A stretch of DNA of 64,000 bases from IMG/VR virus record IMGVR_UViG_3300042465_005589, positions 186,001 through 250,000 of that record. One strand, 5' to 3'. Position numbers and translations under genes: made by a program. The stretch's first letter is position 1; each line of letters begins with the position of its first letter. The notes below the pieces were generated by a model, which was not told the origin of the DNA, did no database searches, and saw only the letters and a list, made by a program, of their open reading frames with translations. Positions 1 to 8,489 of this stretch are shown here, piece after piece.

Positions 1-356
1 CCAATAGTACCACTAAAACCAGGATTAACACCCATTACTTTTTTAGCCTCTTCATAGTTTTGTCTCCATAAGTCGGATTTATTAGTAAGTAATACATTCC
101 AATTTACTTTATAAGTGGAACCATCACCACAATCAATATATAAATCAGTCAAAGACCAACCTTTAAGGGTTGCGAATTCTTTTCTATTTTGTTTTAATAT
201 TGAAACGTAATCACCAACTCGGGTTAGAATCAGTTTATCACCAACCTTCCAATTTTTACATTTTTTCTTTCTATAGTTATCTTTACCTGAACCGTTAACC
301 CCAATTATCATTAACACTACTAAAATAACCCCCAATATAATCCCTAATACTACCAT
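1..356 (-). CDS. Hypothetical protein with N-terminal membrane anchor (partial, runs off window start)
   Basis: Manual translation from ATG at 356: MVVLGIILGVILVVLMIIGVNGSGKDNYRKKKCKNWKVGD..., open to base 1; preceded by a host-type promoter at 379-409; not in the ORF track. Confidence 0.8.
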   Translation of the reverse strand, partial: MVVLGIILGVILVVLMIIGVNGSGKDNYRKKKCKNWKVGDKLILTRVGDYVSILKQNRKEFATLKGWSLTDLYIDCGDGSTYKVNWNVLLTNKSDLWRQNYEEAKKVMGVNPGFSGTI

Positions 357-378
357 AATTTAAGATTTAAATTCCCGA

Positions 379-409
379 CAAAGATAATACTATTTTTAAT
401 ATAAACAAA
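379..409 (-). promoter_or_regulatory. Bacteroidetes-type housekeeping promoter (-33 TTTG, 19 nt, -7 TATCTTTG)
   Basis: Plus-strand caaagata 379-386 and caaa 406-409; matches the TTTG-N19-21-TAnnTTTG consensus; about 23 nt before ATG 356. Confidence 0.7.
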
Positions 410-443
410 AAAAACCTCAACAAATTTTACTCTGTTGAGGTTT
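406..443 (-). terminator. Intrinsic terminator
   Basis: 11-bp stem aaacctcaaca (412-422) / tgttgaggttt (433-443), followed on the minus strand by a long U tract. Confidence 0.75.
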
Positions 444-486
444 CAATGTGTCCAACCGTAAGAAAGGGGTTGTTGGCTTATGAGAT
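412..486 (-). ncRNA. Candidate small non-coding RNA
   Basis: TATTTATA late motif at 487-494, then about 75 nt with no ATG, a CCAAC/GTTGG stem and a terminator hairpin. Confidence 0.35.
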
Positions 487-539
487 TATAAATATATCGT
501 AAAATTAAAAAAGTTAATCTTTTTTATAATTATATTTAC

Positions 540-576
540 AAAAGTATAACTTTTCATACTTTTCGTGATATTTATA
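540..576 (+). promoter_or_regulatory. Late-type promoter motif TATTTATA with upstream inverted repeat (candidate RHH operator)
   Basis: AAAAGTAT 540-547 / ATACTTTT 556-563 form a perfect inverted repeat; TATTTATA 569-576; ATG at 590. Confidence 0.5.
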
Positions 577-589
577 TATAAAGACAATT

Positions 590-742
590 ATGAAACCAAG
601 AAAAAACGAAGAAGATAAGAAAATTAAATTCGCTATTAGTTTAGACCCAAAACTTTTTAAGAGAATGGATAATGAAATGATAAACAAATCAAGATTGATT
701 GAAAATTTATTAAAAGAGTATTATGGAAAGAAAGATTTGTAA
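590..742 (+). CDS. Ribbon-helix-helix (CopG/MetJ-like) DNA-binding protein, 50 aa
   Basis: Manual translation MKPRKNEEDKKIKFAISLDPKLFKRMDNEMINKSRLIENLLKEYYGKKDL; alternating beta strand KFAISL followed by two helices (NKSRLIENLL); overlaps the start of the next gene. Confidence 0.75.
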   Translation: MKPRKNEEDKKIKFAISLDPKLFKRMDNEMINKSRLIENLLKEYYGKKDL

Positions 743-1397
743 AAAATGTGGTAAAGAAAAAAATGTTTGTGAATTTTATTCTGACAAAACAACCAAAGAC
801 GGTAAAAGAGGTTCTTGCAAACTATGTATGTCTTTATACGACAAAAATTGGAAAATAAATAACCCAAATAAGGTATTAGAATTGTCTCGTAAATATAACT
901 CTGAAAATAAAGAATTAGTAAATATAAAAACGAGAAAATGGCGAGAAAAAAATAAAACTTCAGAAATTATTAGAAATCGTGAGTGGAAAAAACTTAATAA
1001 TGAAAAAATAAAAGAATCAACAAAAAAATGGAGAGAAAAAAATAAAGAAAATATAAAAGAATATAAAAAAAATTATGAAAAATTAAAAATAAAAACAGAT
1101 ATATTATACAAATTAAAAAAAACATTACGAAATACAATATTACGATACCTTAAAAATAAAAGATTTACAACTACCGAAATTATTGGTTGTGATTATGATT
1201 CATTCAAGATTTATTTTGAATCATTATTTACCGAAGGTATGTGTTGGGACAAATTAGGTTCTGAAATCCATATTGACCACATTATTCCATTATCATCAGC
1301 AAAAACAGAAGATGAGTTATATAAATTAAATCATTATACTAATCTTCAACCATTATGGGCGAAAGATAATTTAATAAAAGGTAGTAAATTATTGTAA
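723..1397 (+). CDS. HNH homing endonuclease
   Basis: N-terminal CxxC...CxxC, Lys-rich KWRE repeats, C-terminal HIDHIIPL...NHYTNLQPLWAKDN HNH motif. Confidence 0.85.
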   Translation: MERKICKKCGKEKNVCEFYSDKTTKDGKRGSCKLCMSLYDKNWKINNPNKVLELSRKYNSENKELVNIKTRKWREKNKTSEIIRNREWKKLNNEKIKESTKKWREKNKENIKEYKKNYEKLKIKTDILYKLKKTLRNTILRYLKNKRFTTTEIIGCDYDSFKIYFESLFTEGMCWDKLGSEIHIDHIIPLSSAKTEDELYKLNHYTNLQPLWAKDNLIKGSKLL

Positions 1398-1808
1398 AAT
1401 TCTTTTAATTAAACGACATAGTTGGTCATTTTTGTCCTCAAATGGTAGGTTGTTAATATTGAAGTATGAGCACATAGAATGTTCATCACCATCGATAGCA
1501 TTTTCCAAGTCAGGGTTGATTCTCTCATCCGTCTCCATCATAAACACATACATCAATCCTTTAATCTCAGAACCATCACGATTATATCTTTTAACAAATC
1601 CAACTAAATTTAATTTATTATCTAACGTATAATTTGTTTCTTCTTTGAACTCTCTTTGGACCCCATCCATTGGATGTTCATCGTTTTCCAAATGACCACA
1701 AGGTATACTCCATTGTCCGGGCAAAGTACCTGTAGCATTTCTTTTACAAAGTAATACTTCATCACCACATTTAACAATTACACCGGAATATCGTTTAACT
1801 TCTTTCAT
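1389..1808 (-). CDS. Nudix hydrolase
   Basis: Nudix box G-x5-E-x7-RE-xx-EE (GHLENDEHPMDGVQREFKEET), preceded by LPGQWSIP. Confidence 0.9.
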   Translation of the reverse strand: MKEVKRYSGVIVKCGDEVLLCKRNATGTLPGQWSIPCGHLENDEHPMDGVQREFKEETNYTLDNKLNLVGFVKRYNRDGSEIKGLMYVFMMETDERINPDLENAIDGDEHSMCSYFNINNLPFEDKNDQLCRLIKRILQ

Positions 1809-1837
1809 TTTATATTTTTTTGTGTATTTATAAGTAT

Positions 1838-2185
1838 ATGGAACTAACTATAAACAAAAATAAATTCAAAGTCAAAACTGTTATATCTCCCAAAGACACT
1901 AGTCGTGGTATGATGAATAAAAGATTTGACGATACTTTTAATGGTATGTTATTTATTATGTCAGATGGTCATCACTGTTTTTGGATGAAGAATTGTATAA
2001 TTTCATTGGATATCATTATGATTGAAGACGATATTATAACAAAAATTCACCACAACTGTCCTCCTTGTAAAACCAAAGATTGTAGAAACTATTGTGGTGA
2101 AGGTGATATGATACTTGAACTTCAAGGTGGTACCTGTAAAAAATTAGGGATTAAGTCCGGAGACAAAATCATTCATTACGATTGA
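1838..2185 (+). CDS. DUF192 family protein
   Basis: RGMM...GMLF...FWMKNCIISLDIIMI...ILELQGG..KLGIKSGD; start moved to ATG 1838 (MELTINK), just after TATTTATA 1825-1832. Confidence 0.85.
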   Translation: MELTINKNKFKVKTVISPKDTSRGMMNKRFDDTFNGMLFIMSDGHHCFWMKNCIISLDIIMIEDDIITKIHHNCPPCKTKDCRNYCGEGDMILELQGGTCKKLGIKSGDKIIHYD

Positions 2186-3582
2186 TTTATCTTTTCCTGT
2201 AACAATTTCACAAACTCATTCTGAATCATTTTTGTAAACTTAATATAAGGAGCATCTTCCGATTCTCTATTATACCCACCACTTCCTTTTGGTGGACGAG
2301 TACTTCTACCCATAAAGTTTAATCCTGAGATATTTGTAATACATTTGTGTCCACCACTATTTGCTTGAATGAAATCCCAAGCGTTTACCTTAATATCATC
2401 TAACATTTGTCTATGTTCTTCTGGCAATTCAGAAAATGGTTTTTCCATCATCTCACCAATATGTGTTAGTTTTTCTCTACCATTATCCATAGTTTTGAAA
2501 TCTTTACCATATAACGCAACAAAGTCTTTAAATGTAAATCCTGTTGATTCAGGGTTAAAATCTTTTGAAGATTCCGATATCCACTTAATTGTTGAAAGGG
2601 ATATTTCTCTTTGTTTTAATTGGTCTTCCCATTTTGATAATACTTCTTGAGCAATCTCACCTAAGTTAACACCTTTCAATTGACGTTCACCTTTAAATGG
2701 GTTACAAGACGCTTGAACTAAACCTAAAGGCCAAGCAATTACAATAAAATCAGCGTCAGGATTGTTTTTAAATGGTGTATATCTATCGTATGAACCGGGT
2801 TTAAACATTGAACCACCTCCGTATTGAACAATAACATTACCTAATACCTTAACATTAGGATTTGTTTGCATTGATTTAACGTAATCTTCTTTATTTTTTT
2901 CAAGCTCTTCCGGTTTAGCATATCCCTTTTCAACCATTATTCGTTTAATAGTTTGAAGGATATTTAATAATGATGGCGTACATTCCATAACCAACGTTTC
3001 TAAGAACCCTGGCTTATTTTTAAATGCTAATAATAGTTTGTTTGCAACTAACCCCATTAACATTTTATTTTTCTCTAACGATTTGTCCTTATCCAATTTA
3101 AATAAATAAGAAATTACTTGGTCTACTGAAATTTCATTAACCGCATAATTTGCAGAATCCACTGTTGAAATAAGTAATATATCTGAAGACGGGAATAATT
3201 CTTTTGGAGAAACTACTTGAGATATTGTTTCAACATTTGAACGAGAACTTCTAAATGATGTGGATTTAGTTTCTTCAGCTCCCGCTTGTCTATCGTGGTG
3301 GTCCGTATGAATCACAAACATTGGTTTTCCGTGAGCAAAATCTACCAATACTGGCATAACATCACCGGTTGCGTCATTCTTCTTTACAGCAAACTCTTTA
3401 TCGCCATATTGAATAATATGAGCATCCACCACTTTAATACCGTTGTTCTCAAGATATTGTTTCATAGCAATTGCCGTCGTTACCCCATCCAAATCTTGAT
3501 GAAAATATATTTCAGCTTTGGGGTATCGTTTAGCAAGAGCATTAATATCTCTTAAACCACTTTCTTTTATAAGTTTTTTCAT
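2176..3582 (-). CDS. DHH/DHHA1-family phosphoesterase with putative head-targeting leader
   Basis: HQDLDG, VDFAH, TDHHD and C-terminal SGGH motifs; N-terminus MKKLIKES. Confidence 0.8.
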   Translation of the reverse strand: MKKLIKESGLRDINALAKRYPKAEIYFHQDLDGVTTAIAMKQYLENNGIKVVDAHIIQYGDKEFAVKKNDATGDVMPVLVDFAHGKPMFVIHTDHHDRQAGAEETKSTSFRSSRSNVETISQVVSPKELFPSSDILLISTVDSANYAVNEISVDQVISYLFKLDKDKSLEKNKMLMGLVANKLLLAFKNKPGFLETLVMECTPSLLNILQTIKRIMVEKGYAKPEELEKNKEDYVKSMQTNPNVKVLGNVIVQYGGGSMFKPGSYDRYTPFKNNPDADFIVIAWPLGLVQASCNPFKGERQLKGVNLGEIAQEVLSKWEDQLKQREISLSTIKWISESSKDFNPESTGFTFKDFVALYGKDFKTMDNGREKLTHIGEMMEKPFSELPEEHRQMLDDIKVNAWDFIQANSGGHKCITNISGLNFMGRSTRPPKGSGGYNRESEDAPYIKFTKMIQNEFVKLLQEKINQS

Positions 3583-3583
3583 A

Positions 3584-3937
3584 TTACATTGAAGGTAAAA
3601 TAGTTATTGCTATAACATCTCCACCTTTAAGACCTTTACCTAAATTACAACTTCTATTTGTTGCGATAATCTCATCAACACTCGAAACACCAGGATATTT
3701 TGATGCAATATCACTTAACGTATCACCTGATTTAACTTTATATAGTTTAACATTGTAACCATAAGTTGCTTGAAGTCGTTTTGGGTCACCAAAACAATAT
3801 TTACCCCCCATTTCAGGTTTAATTTTCCCCATTTGAACATCAACACCTTTTTGTTGATTCATTTGTTCATTAACTAATCCGTATTTTGAAAGGATATCGC
3901 CTTTTTCTTCTTCTGAAATTATAAATCTTTTTGCCAT
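3584..3937 (-). CDS. LysM-domain protein with putative head-targeting leader
   Basis: YKVKSGDTLSDIASKY...EIIATN...LKGGDVIAI; N-terminus KRFIISEEEK..DIL..YGLVNEQ; late motif at 3953-3960. Confidence 0.85.
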   Translation of the reverse strand: MAKRFIISEEEKGDILSKYGLVNEQMNQQKGVDVQMGKIKPEMGGKYCFGDPKRLQATYGYNVKLYKVKSGDTLSDIASKYPGVSSVDEIIATNRSCNLGKGLKGGDVIAITILPSM

Positions 3938-3968
3938 AATAAATCTTTTAGTTATAAATATACCGAAA

Positions 3969-3993
3969 ATAAAAAAGAGGTTATAACACCTCT
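3969..3993 (-). terminator. Intrinsic terminator overlapping the methyltransferase stop codon
   Basis: aagaggt / acctctt stem (3975-3993) with a U tract on the minus strand. Confidence 0.6.
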
Positions 3994-4844
3994 TCTTTTA
4001 ATTCTAATTTTGTTTGTTTATGTTCATCAATTAACGATTGGACTCTTTTTCTCGCAATCTCTGTATAGTCCGGAGATAACTCAATCCCAATCCATCGTCT
4101 ATCCAATAACTCAGCAGCAAATGCCGATGTTCCACTTCCCATAAAAGGGTCAAGAACTATATCATTTTTATATGATAATATCTTAATTGCTTTTGATGGA
4201 ATATCCATTGAGAATGTTGCTTTAGTTAACGACCTAGTATCTGCAAAATATTCCCATCTACCAAAAACCAAGTTCATAAACTCTTTCTTATCTTCGTCCT
4301 GATAAACCATTTTATTTTTAGTTTTACCATCTTCTGTAGTTACTTCAGTTGGTGTACCTAACCACTGAGACTCCCCTTTGGTTAATTTCTTATTAGTTTT
4401 CTTGTAAGCTAGAATAATACATTCCTTAGGATTATAGATGTAAGGACAACTTGCGCTCATCCAAGAACCCCAAGCTGTTTGTCTAACTCTATGTGGGCTA
4501 TCTTCTGTAAGGTCAACCATTCCATAAAATTTAAACCCAACCTCTTTCATTTTCATCCAAAACTCTGCGTTGAATAATATTCTACCACCTCTTTCCTGTA
4601 CGTTAATTTCTATAGGAACGTTGATTGCTATCCGACCATCATCTTTTAATACTCTATAAGATTCTGTTAACCACTGCGTTGTAAAATCCCAATATTCATC
4701 CATAGGAATACTATCATTATAAACATCATATTTGATGTTAACTCCGTAGGGTGGTGATGTCACCAATAAATCAATTGAACCTTCCGGGAAAGTTTTCATT
4801 ACCTCAATACAATCTCCATTAATTATCTTTCCTGTTTCTATCAT
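3981..4844 (-). CDS. DNA methyltransferase, N4-cytosine/N6-adenine beta class
   Basis: Catalytic TSPPY near the N-terminus; SAM-binding VLDPFMGSGT near the C-terminus. Confidence 0.92.
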   Translation of the reverse strand: MIETGKIINGDCIEVMKTFPEGSIDLLVTSPPYGVNIKYDVYNDSIPMDEYWDFTTQWLTESYRVLKDDGRIAINVPIEINVQERGGRILFNAEFWMKMKEVGFKFYGMVDLTEDSPHRVRQTAWGSWMSASCPYIYNPKECIILAYKKTNKKLTKGESQWLGTPTEVTTEDGKTKNKMVYQDEDKKEFMNLVFGRWEYFADTRSLTKATFSMDIPSKAIKILSYKNDIVLDPFMGSGTSAFAAELLDRRWIGIELSPDYTEIARKRVQSLIDEHKQTKLELKEEVL

Positions 4845-4848
4845 TTTA

Positions 4849-5154
4849 TTATTTTGCGTGGTATTCCCACTCGTTTTCTTTATTTTTAATTGGTTCTAAA
4901 CTTTGGTCCAAGAAAACCGCATTCTGTTCACCCGCGTATAACCCTAATATATTATAATCATAAAACTCTTCCGCTTCTCCATAAAGCATTAAATCCCTTT
5001 CTTGTAGAATATCTAATATTCTTTGTTTTGAATATAAGATTTTTCTTCCCGGAGAACCAAAGTCCTCAACAATACCTATAATAGCACTTTCTAACCCATC
5101 CAATAGAATCGCACCTTCCGCATATTGGTCAATATCGACAGTCACTTTACTCAT
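4849..5154 (-). CDS. Conserved phage hypothetical protein
   Basis: LDGLESAIIG...YSKQRILDIL...EAEEFYDYNILG pattern; start at 5154 (MSKVTV) overlaps the upstream stop. Confidence 0.7.
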   Translation of the reverse strand: MSKVTVDIDQYAEGAILLDGLESAIIGIVEDFGSPGRKILYSKQRILDILQERDLMLYGEAEEFYDYNILGLYAGEQNAVFLDQSLEPIKNKENEWEYHAK

Positions 5155-5329
5155 CAAGTAAATTAATTTCAGTTGGTATTGAATCCACATCCTCATCAAC
5201 TAATTCCCAATTTTCTTCAAACGTACTCCAAAACGCATCTTCGTCTTCTAAATATTGTTGATACTCGTCATCTGATAACTCATATTCATAAACATAAGTT
5301 GTTGTCTCAATTTTTTCTAATTTCGCCAT
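5147..5329 (-). CDS. Small acidic hypothetical protein
   Basis: 60-aa ORF tiled within the operon, D/E-rich. Confidence 0.65.
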   Translation of the reverse strand: MAKLEKIETTTYVYEYELSDDEYQQYLEDEDAFWSTFEENWELVDEDVDSIPTEINLLDE

Positions 5330-5334
5330 AATTT

Positions 5335-5574
5335 TTATATTTTGTTTTTTTCTAAATTTTCAATTTTACGATTTAAATACCATAAAGCTTTCTTCAAATC
5401 TTGTATTTCTTTATCCGAATCTTTTAATCCCGCTCTTGCAACATACTTTACGACATTGAAGATATAAGCATCGTGGTCAAGACCCCAAGCCTCACATACT
5501 TTAACAACCTCGTATGGGTTATCTTCACCACCATAATGTAATGGATGGTTCACCATTTCTTTATTTTCACTCAT
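5335..5574 (-). CDS. DUF3310 (SaV-like) protein
   Basis: VNHPLHY...NVVKYVARAG.K...QDLKKALWYLNRKI. Confidence 0.85.
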   Translation of the reverse strand: MSENKEMVNHPLHYGGEDNPYEVVKVCEAWGLDHDAYIFNVVKYVARAGLKDSDKEIQDLKKALWYLNRKIENLEKNKI

Positions 5575-5792
5575 AATTTTACTATATAATATTTACCCAA
5601 TTTAAGGGATTTTTTATAACCATTTCTAACAGAGAATAGTGGTTTTGTGGTTACATTAATTCCGAACCCACCATTAAATCTAATTGACCACCCAACAGGT
5701 GAAATACTAAACAATACGGAGTAATTAAAAATTTTAATTATTGTCTGACTACAACCACTACCGATGTAATATGTTTTTTTAGATAGCCACAT
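5571..5792 (-). CDS. Hypothetical protein
   Basis: Operon tiling; ATG 5792 overlaps the upstream stop (ORF track extends the start to 5825). Confidence 0.55.
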   Translation of the reverse strand: MWLSKKTYYIGSGCSQTIIKIFNYSVLFSISPVGWSIRFNGGFGINVTTKPLFSVRNGYKKSLKLGKYYIVKL

Positions 5793-5961
5793 AATACCCT
5801 TCACTAATACCACTTTCTTTAACATATCCTTCAGATATTAAAATATCCAATTGTTTTTTTGTTTCTTCAAGATTCTGTCTAAGAATATATTTTGAAACGT
5901 AACTAATATGAATTGGTCGTCTCAACTTATCCATTAATACTTTAATTTGTTTTTTGTCCAT
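5779..5961 (-). CDS. Hypothetical protein, possible winged-helix fragment
   Basis: Operon tiling; LDILISEGYVKES resembles a wHTH recognition helix and wing. Confidence 0.6.
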   Translation of the reverse strand: MDKKQIKVLMDKLRRPIHISYVSKYILRQNLEETKKQLDILISEGYVKESGISEGYYVAI

Positions 5962-6728
5962 TATGATAATAGTTTTCTTGTTATTTTGACATTTTGATTA
6001 ATATATGATAATATTTTTCTTTTAAAAATTGGAACTAATGTTTCCTTTAACGGAAAGATGTCACTACAAAAAACTTCAAATATTGGATAATCCATTTCGT
6101 TATTTTTTTCGTATGTTTTTGAAAATGTAGAGATAATTTCCGGAATAGTCAAACTACCCTGTTGTCCTTTGAAAATTAATTTTAAAGATGTTTTTGTTTG
6201 ATTTTTGGTCTTATACACCTTTCTTGTGGTATATTGCCATATAAACATTTCTTCAGGTAATTTAAAGTAAAAAAAACCTGATTTATTTTGTAAATTATTT
6301 TTGTTTTTCTTTACAACAACATCAATAGAATCATAAACAATACTCCATATTGATTTTGCAAAATTAAAATAGTCATGTAGTTGTGGTTGACTATTTTTTA
6401 ATATTTTTTGATATTCAATAATTTCCTCATCGTCAAGAACAGGAATATCTTTAACCTTTAAATCAGACAATACTAGTTCATCATCATTTGATGTTAATTT
6501 TTTATCAACATATAAAATTTTGTTTTGCGTTAGTAAGGTTTGTATATTACCCAAGTGTAATGAAAGCTCAATAAACATTGGGTAGACCTCCATCCTTTCA
6601 AGATGTTTGTTCATCTTTTGGAAGTAATCTAATAATACATATTGTTTTTGTTCAGCGTCTAAAATGCCGTCAAATAACCAATCGGTGTCCATTATAAATT
6701 TATTCTTATTTTTCTGTTTCATTTCCAT
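5961..6728 (-). CDS. Hypothetical protein
   Basis: 255-aa ORF abutting its neighbours. Confidence 0.75.
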   Translation of the reverse strand: MEMKQKNKNKFIMDTDWLFDGILDAEQKQYVLLDYFQKMNKHLERMEVYPMFIELSLHLGNIQTLLTQNKILYVDKKLTSNDDELVLSDLKVKDIPVLDDEEIIEYQKILKNSQPQLHDYFNFAKSIWSIVYDSIDVVVKKNKNNLQNKSGFFYFKLPEEMFIWQYTTRKVYKTKNQTKTSLKLIFKGQQGSLTIPEIISTFSKTYEKNNEMDYPIFEVFCSDIFPLKETLVPIFKRKILSYINQNVKITRKLLS

Positions 6729-6776
6729 ATTATATTATTTAAAATATACGGGAAAAGATTGGAAAAAGGAATAGTT

Positions 6777-8147
6777 TTAATTAATTCTCATTACGTAATA
6801 AGTCTCACCGGCAATATCAACACTATCATAATTACCATCATAACTATTCATAAAACCCCAACCTTCGGAATCAACTAATCCCTGAGCTAAAGCTGATTCA
6901 TCAACATATTCTTTAACAGGTAACCCATAATCATTAAGATACCCAATAGGGTCTCTTCTTACGTCTCTAACTAAACTCTCAACCATATTATCAATCATAT
7001 CTTCGGTTGGTTCAGTATCAACTTCAATATTATCTAATTCCTCTTGGAGTGCTTCAATTTGATTATCTAAATCTTCTTCGTAGTCATAATAATTTTCATC
7101 ATCCGAATCTAATTCAAGTTTTTGTTGTTCCAAATCCTCAATTTGAGATTCAAGTTGTTCTATTCTTTCTTCTTGCTCCGAAGTCAATTCATAATCATCA
7201 TCATTAAAATAACTTTCAGGATTCTCCCTCACTTGATATTCATAATCTTCTCTAGCAAATTCAACAATAGCATCTTCATCTAAATAATCATCAATAAAAC
7301 CTTTACTAAACCCATCAACACCAATATCATCAACATAACTTTCAGCATACTCTAATGCAGCTTTATCCATTTCATCGTGGGTTCCCACCGAATATTCCTC
7401 ATCTCTAAACCCATCAACTAAAACTTCGAATGAGGTTAAACCATAATGACTATATTTTGATACTGGATACATATCATATATGTCAGCAACATCCTCTGTT
7501 AATTCACTAATTCTCTCCTCAACATCTTCAATTTTATTTAATATTTCCACATTCTCATCTGGGTCACCATCTCTATGTTCATCATCATAATCCGCATTAA
7601 GTTCTTCTAATTGTTGAGTTAACAAACTTAATTCTTCTTTTTGTTCATCATTCAATACTGTAACTCTACCTTCACCTTCAAGCCATTCTAATAACGCCAT
7701 AGCCTTTAATCCCTCTTCATCATGGTTTTGAAAATTCCATTCATCATCTTCTCTTTTAGAATCCATCTCAGCTTGTTTACCCAAAAGTTCTTGTCTCTCT
7801 CTAATTTTCTCACGAGGAGTGTCCCTATCACTAATATATGATTTAACTCTCATATCACCAAGATTAGATACCTTAGTATTACTAATATTTAATGAACCAT
7901 CAACATAAGCAACATTTCCCAAGTTATCTGTTGGGGTTCCTTCAAGACTTAAATCTCCGGTTATCCATAATGGTTTACCTTCAAATCTTTTCATTTTAGT
8001 TATTGCTTTACCGTGATAACTACCTAACGACATTAATTGCAAATATTCTTCAGGAGATATTTTATAATATTCTTCCTCAACTTGTTCAACAATTTGTTTT
8101 ACAACTTGTAATAATTCTTTATTTGTTAAAATCATTTTCTTATTCAT
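6777..8147 (-). CDS. Highly acidic protein with short LRR-like beta repeats and putative head-targeting leader
   Basis: Leader LLQVVKQIVEQ; ITGDLSLEGTPTDNLGNVAYVDGSLNISNT repeats; long D/E-rich helical body; TATTTAT at 8152-8158. Confidence 0.75.
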   Translation of the reverse strand: MNKKMILTNKELLQVVKQIVEQVEEEYYKISPEEYLQLMSLGSYHGKAITKMKRFEGKPLWITGDLSLEGTPTDNLGNVAYVDGSLNISNTKVSNLGDMRVKSYISDRDTPREKIRERQELLGKQAEMDSKREDDEWNFQNHDEEGLKAMALLEWLEGEGRVTVLNDEQKEELSLLTQQLEELNADYDDEHRDGDPDENVEILNKIEDVEERISELTEDVADIYDMYPVSKYSHYGLTSFEVLVDGFRDEEYSVGTHDEMDKAALEYAESYVDDIGVDGFSKGFIDDYLDEDAIVEFAREDYEYQVRENPESYFNDDDYELTSEQEERIEQLESQIEDLEQQKLELDSDDENYYDYEEDLDNQIEALQEELDNIEVDTEPTEDMIDNMVESLVRDVRRDPIGYLNDYGLPVKEYVDESALAQGLVDSEGWGFMNSYDGNYDSVDIAGETYYVMRIN

Positions 8148-8237
8148 ATTAATAAATACCAGTAATTAAAAATAAATCTTTACAATTAACGTAAAAGGTA
8201 GATATTTATTGTTATAAACGTTTAAATAAAAATTATC

Positions 8238-8396
8238 ATGGGTTGCGGATGTAAAAACAAAGCACAACAAACACAAACGACACAACAATCAAGTCAATCT
8301 CAAACTCTACAGCAGGTTCAGGCTCAAGCACCAAAAACTCAGCCAATACAAGAATCTATTCGTAAAGTTGTTGAGAGATATTATACTAAAAAATAA
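8238..8396 (+). CDS. Small MGCGCK-motif protein, 52 aa
   Basis: Manual translation MGCGCKNKAQQTQTTQQSSQSQTLQQVQAQAPKTQPIQESIRKVVERYYTKK; own late motif (8203-8209) and terminator. Confidence 0.75.
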   Translation: MGCGCKNKAQQTQTTQQSSQSQTLQQVQAQAPKTQPIQESIRKVVERYYTKK

Positions 8397-8416
8397 TATT
8401 ATGTGTTTAAAAAAAT

Positions 8417-8440
8417 AAAGGGATTTTTTGTCCCTTTTTT
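8417..8440 (+). terminator. Intrinsic terminator
   Basis: aaaggga / tcccttt stem followed by a T run. Confidence 0.65.
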
Positions 8441-8489
8441 CATTTATAATTAAATTTAATTTGTATATCCTTTCATATAATTTAAAAAT

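Noticed and set aside
1389-1832. TATAAATA read on the minus strand as a T4-type late promoter for the Nudix gene
   Set aside because: At all other sites the motif is oriented as TATTTATA on the coding strand; this copy is better explained as serving the DUF192 gene
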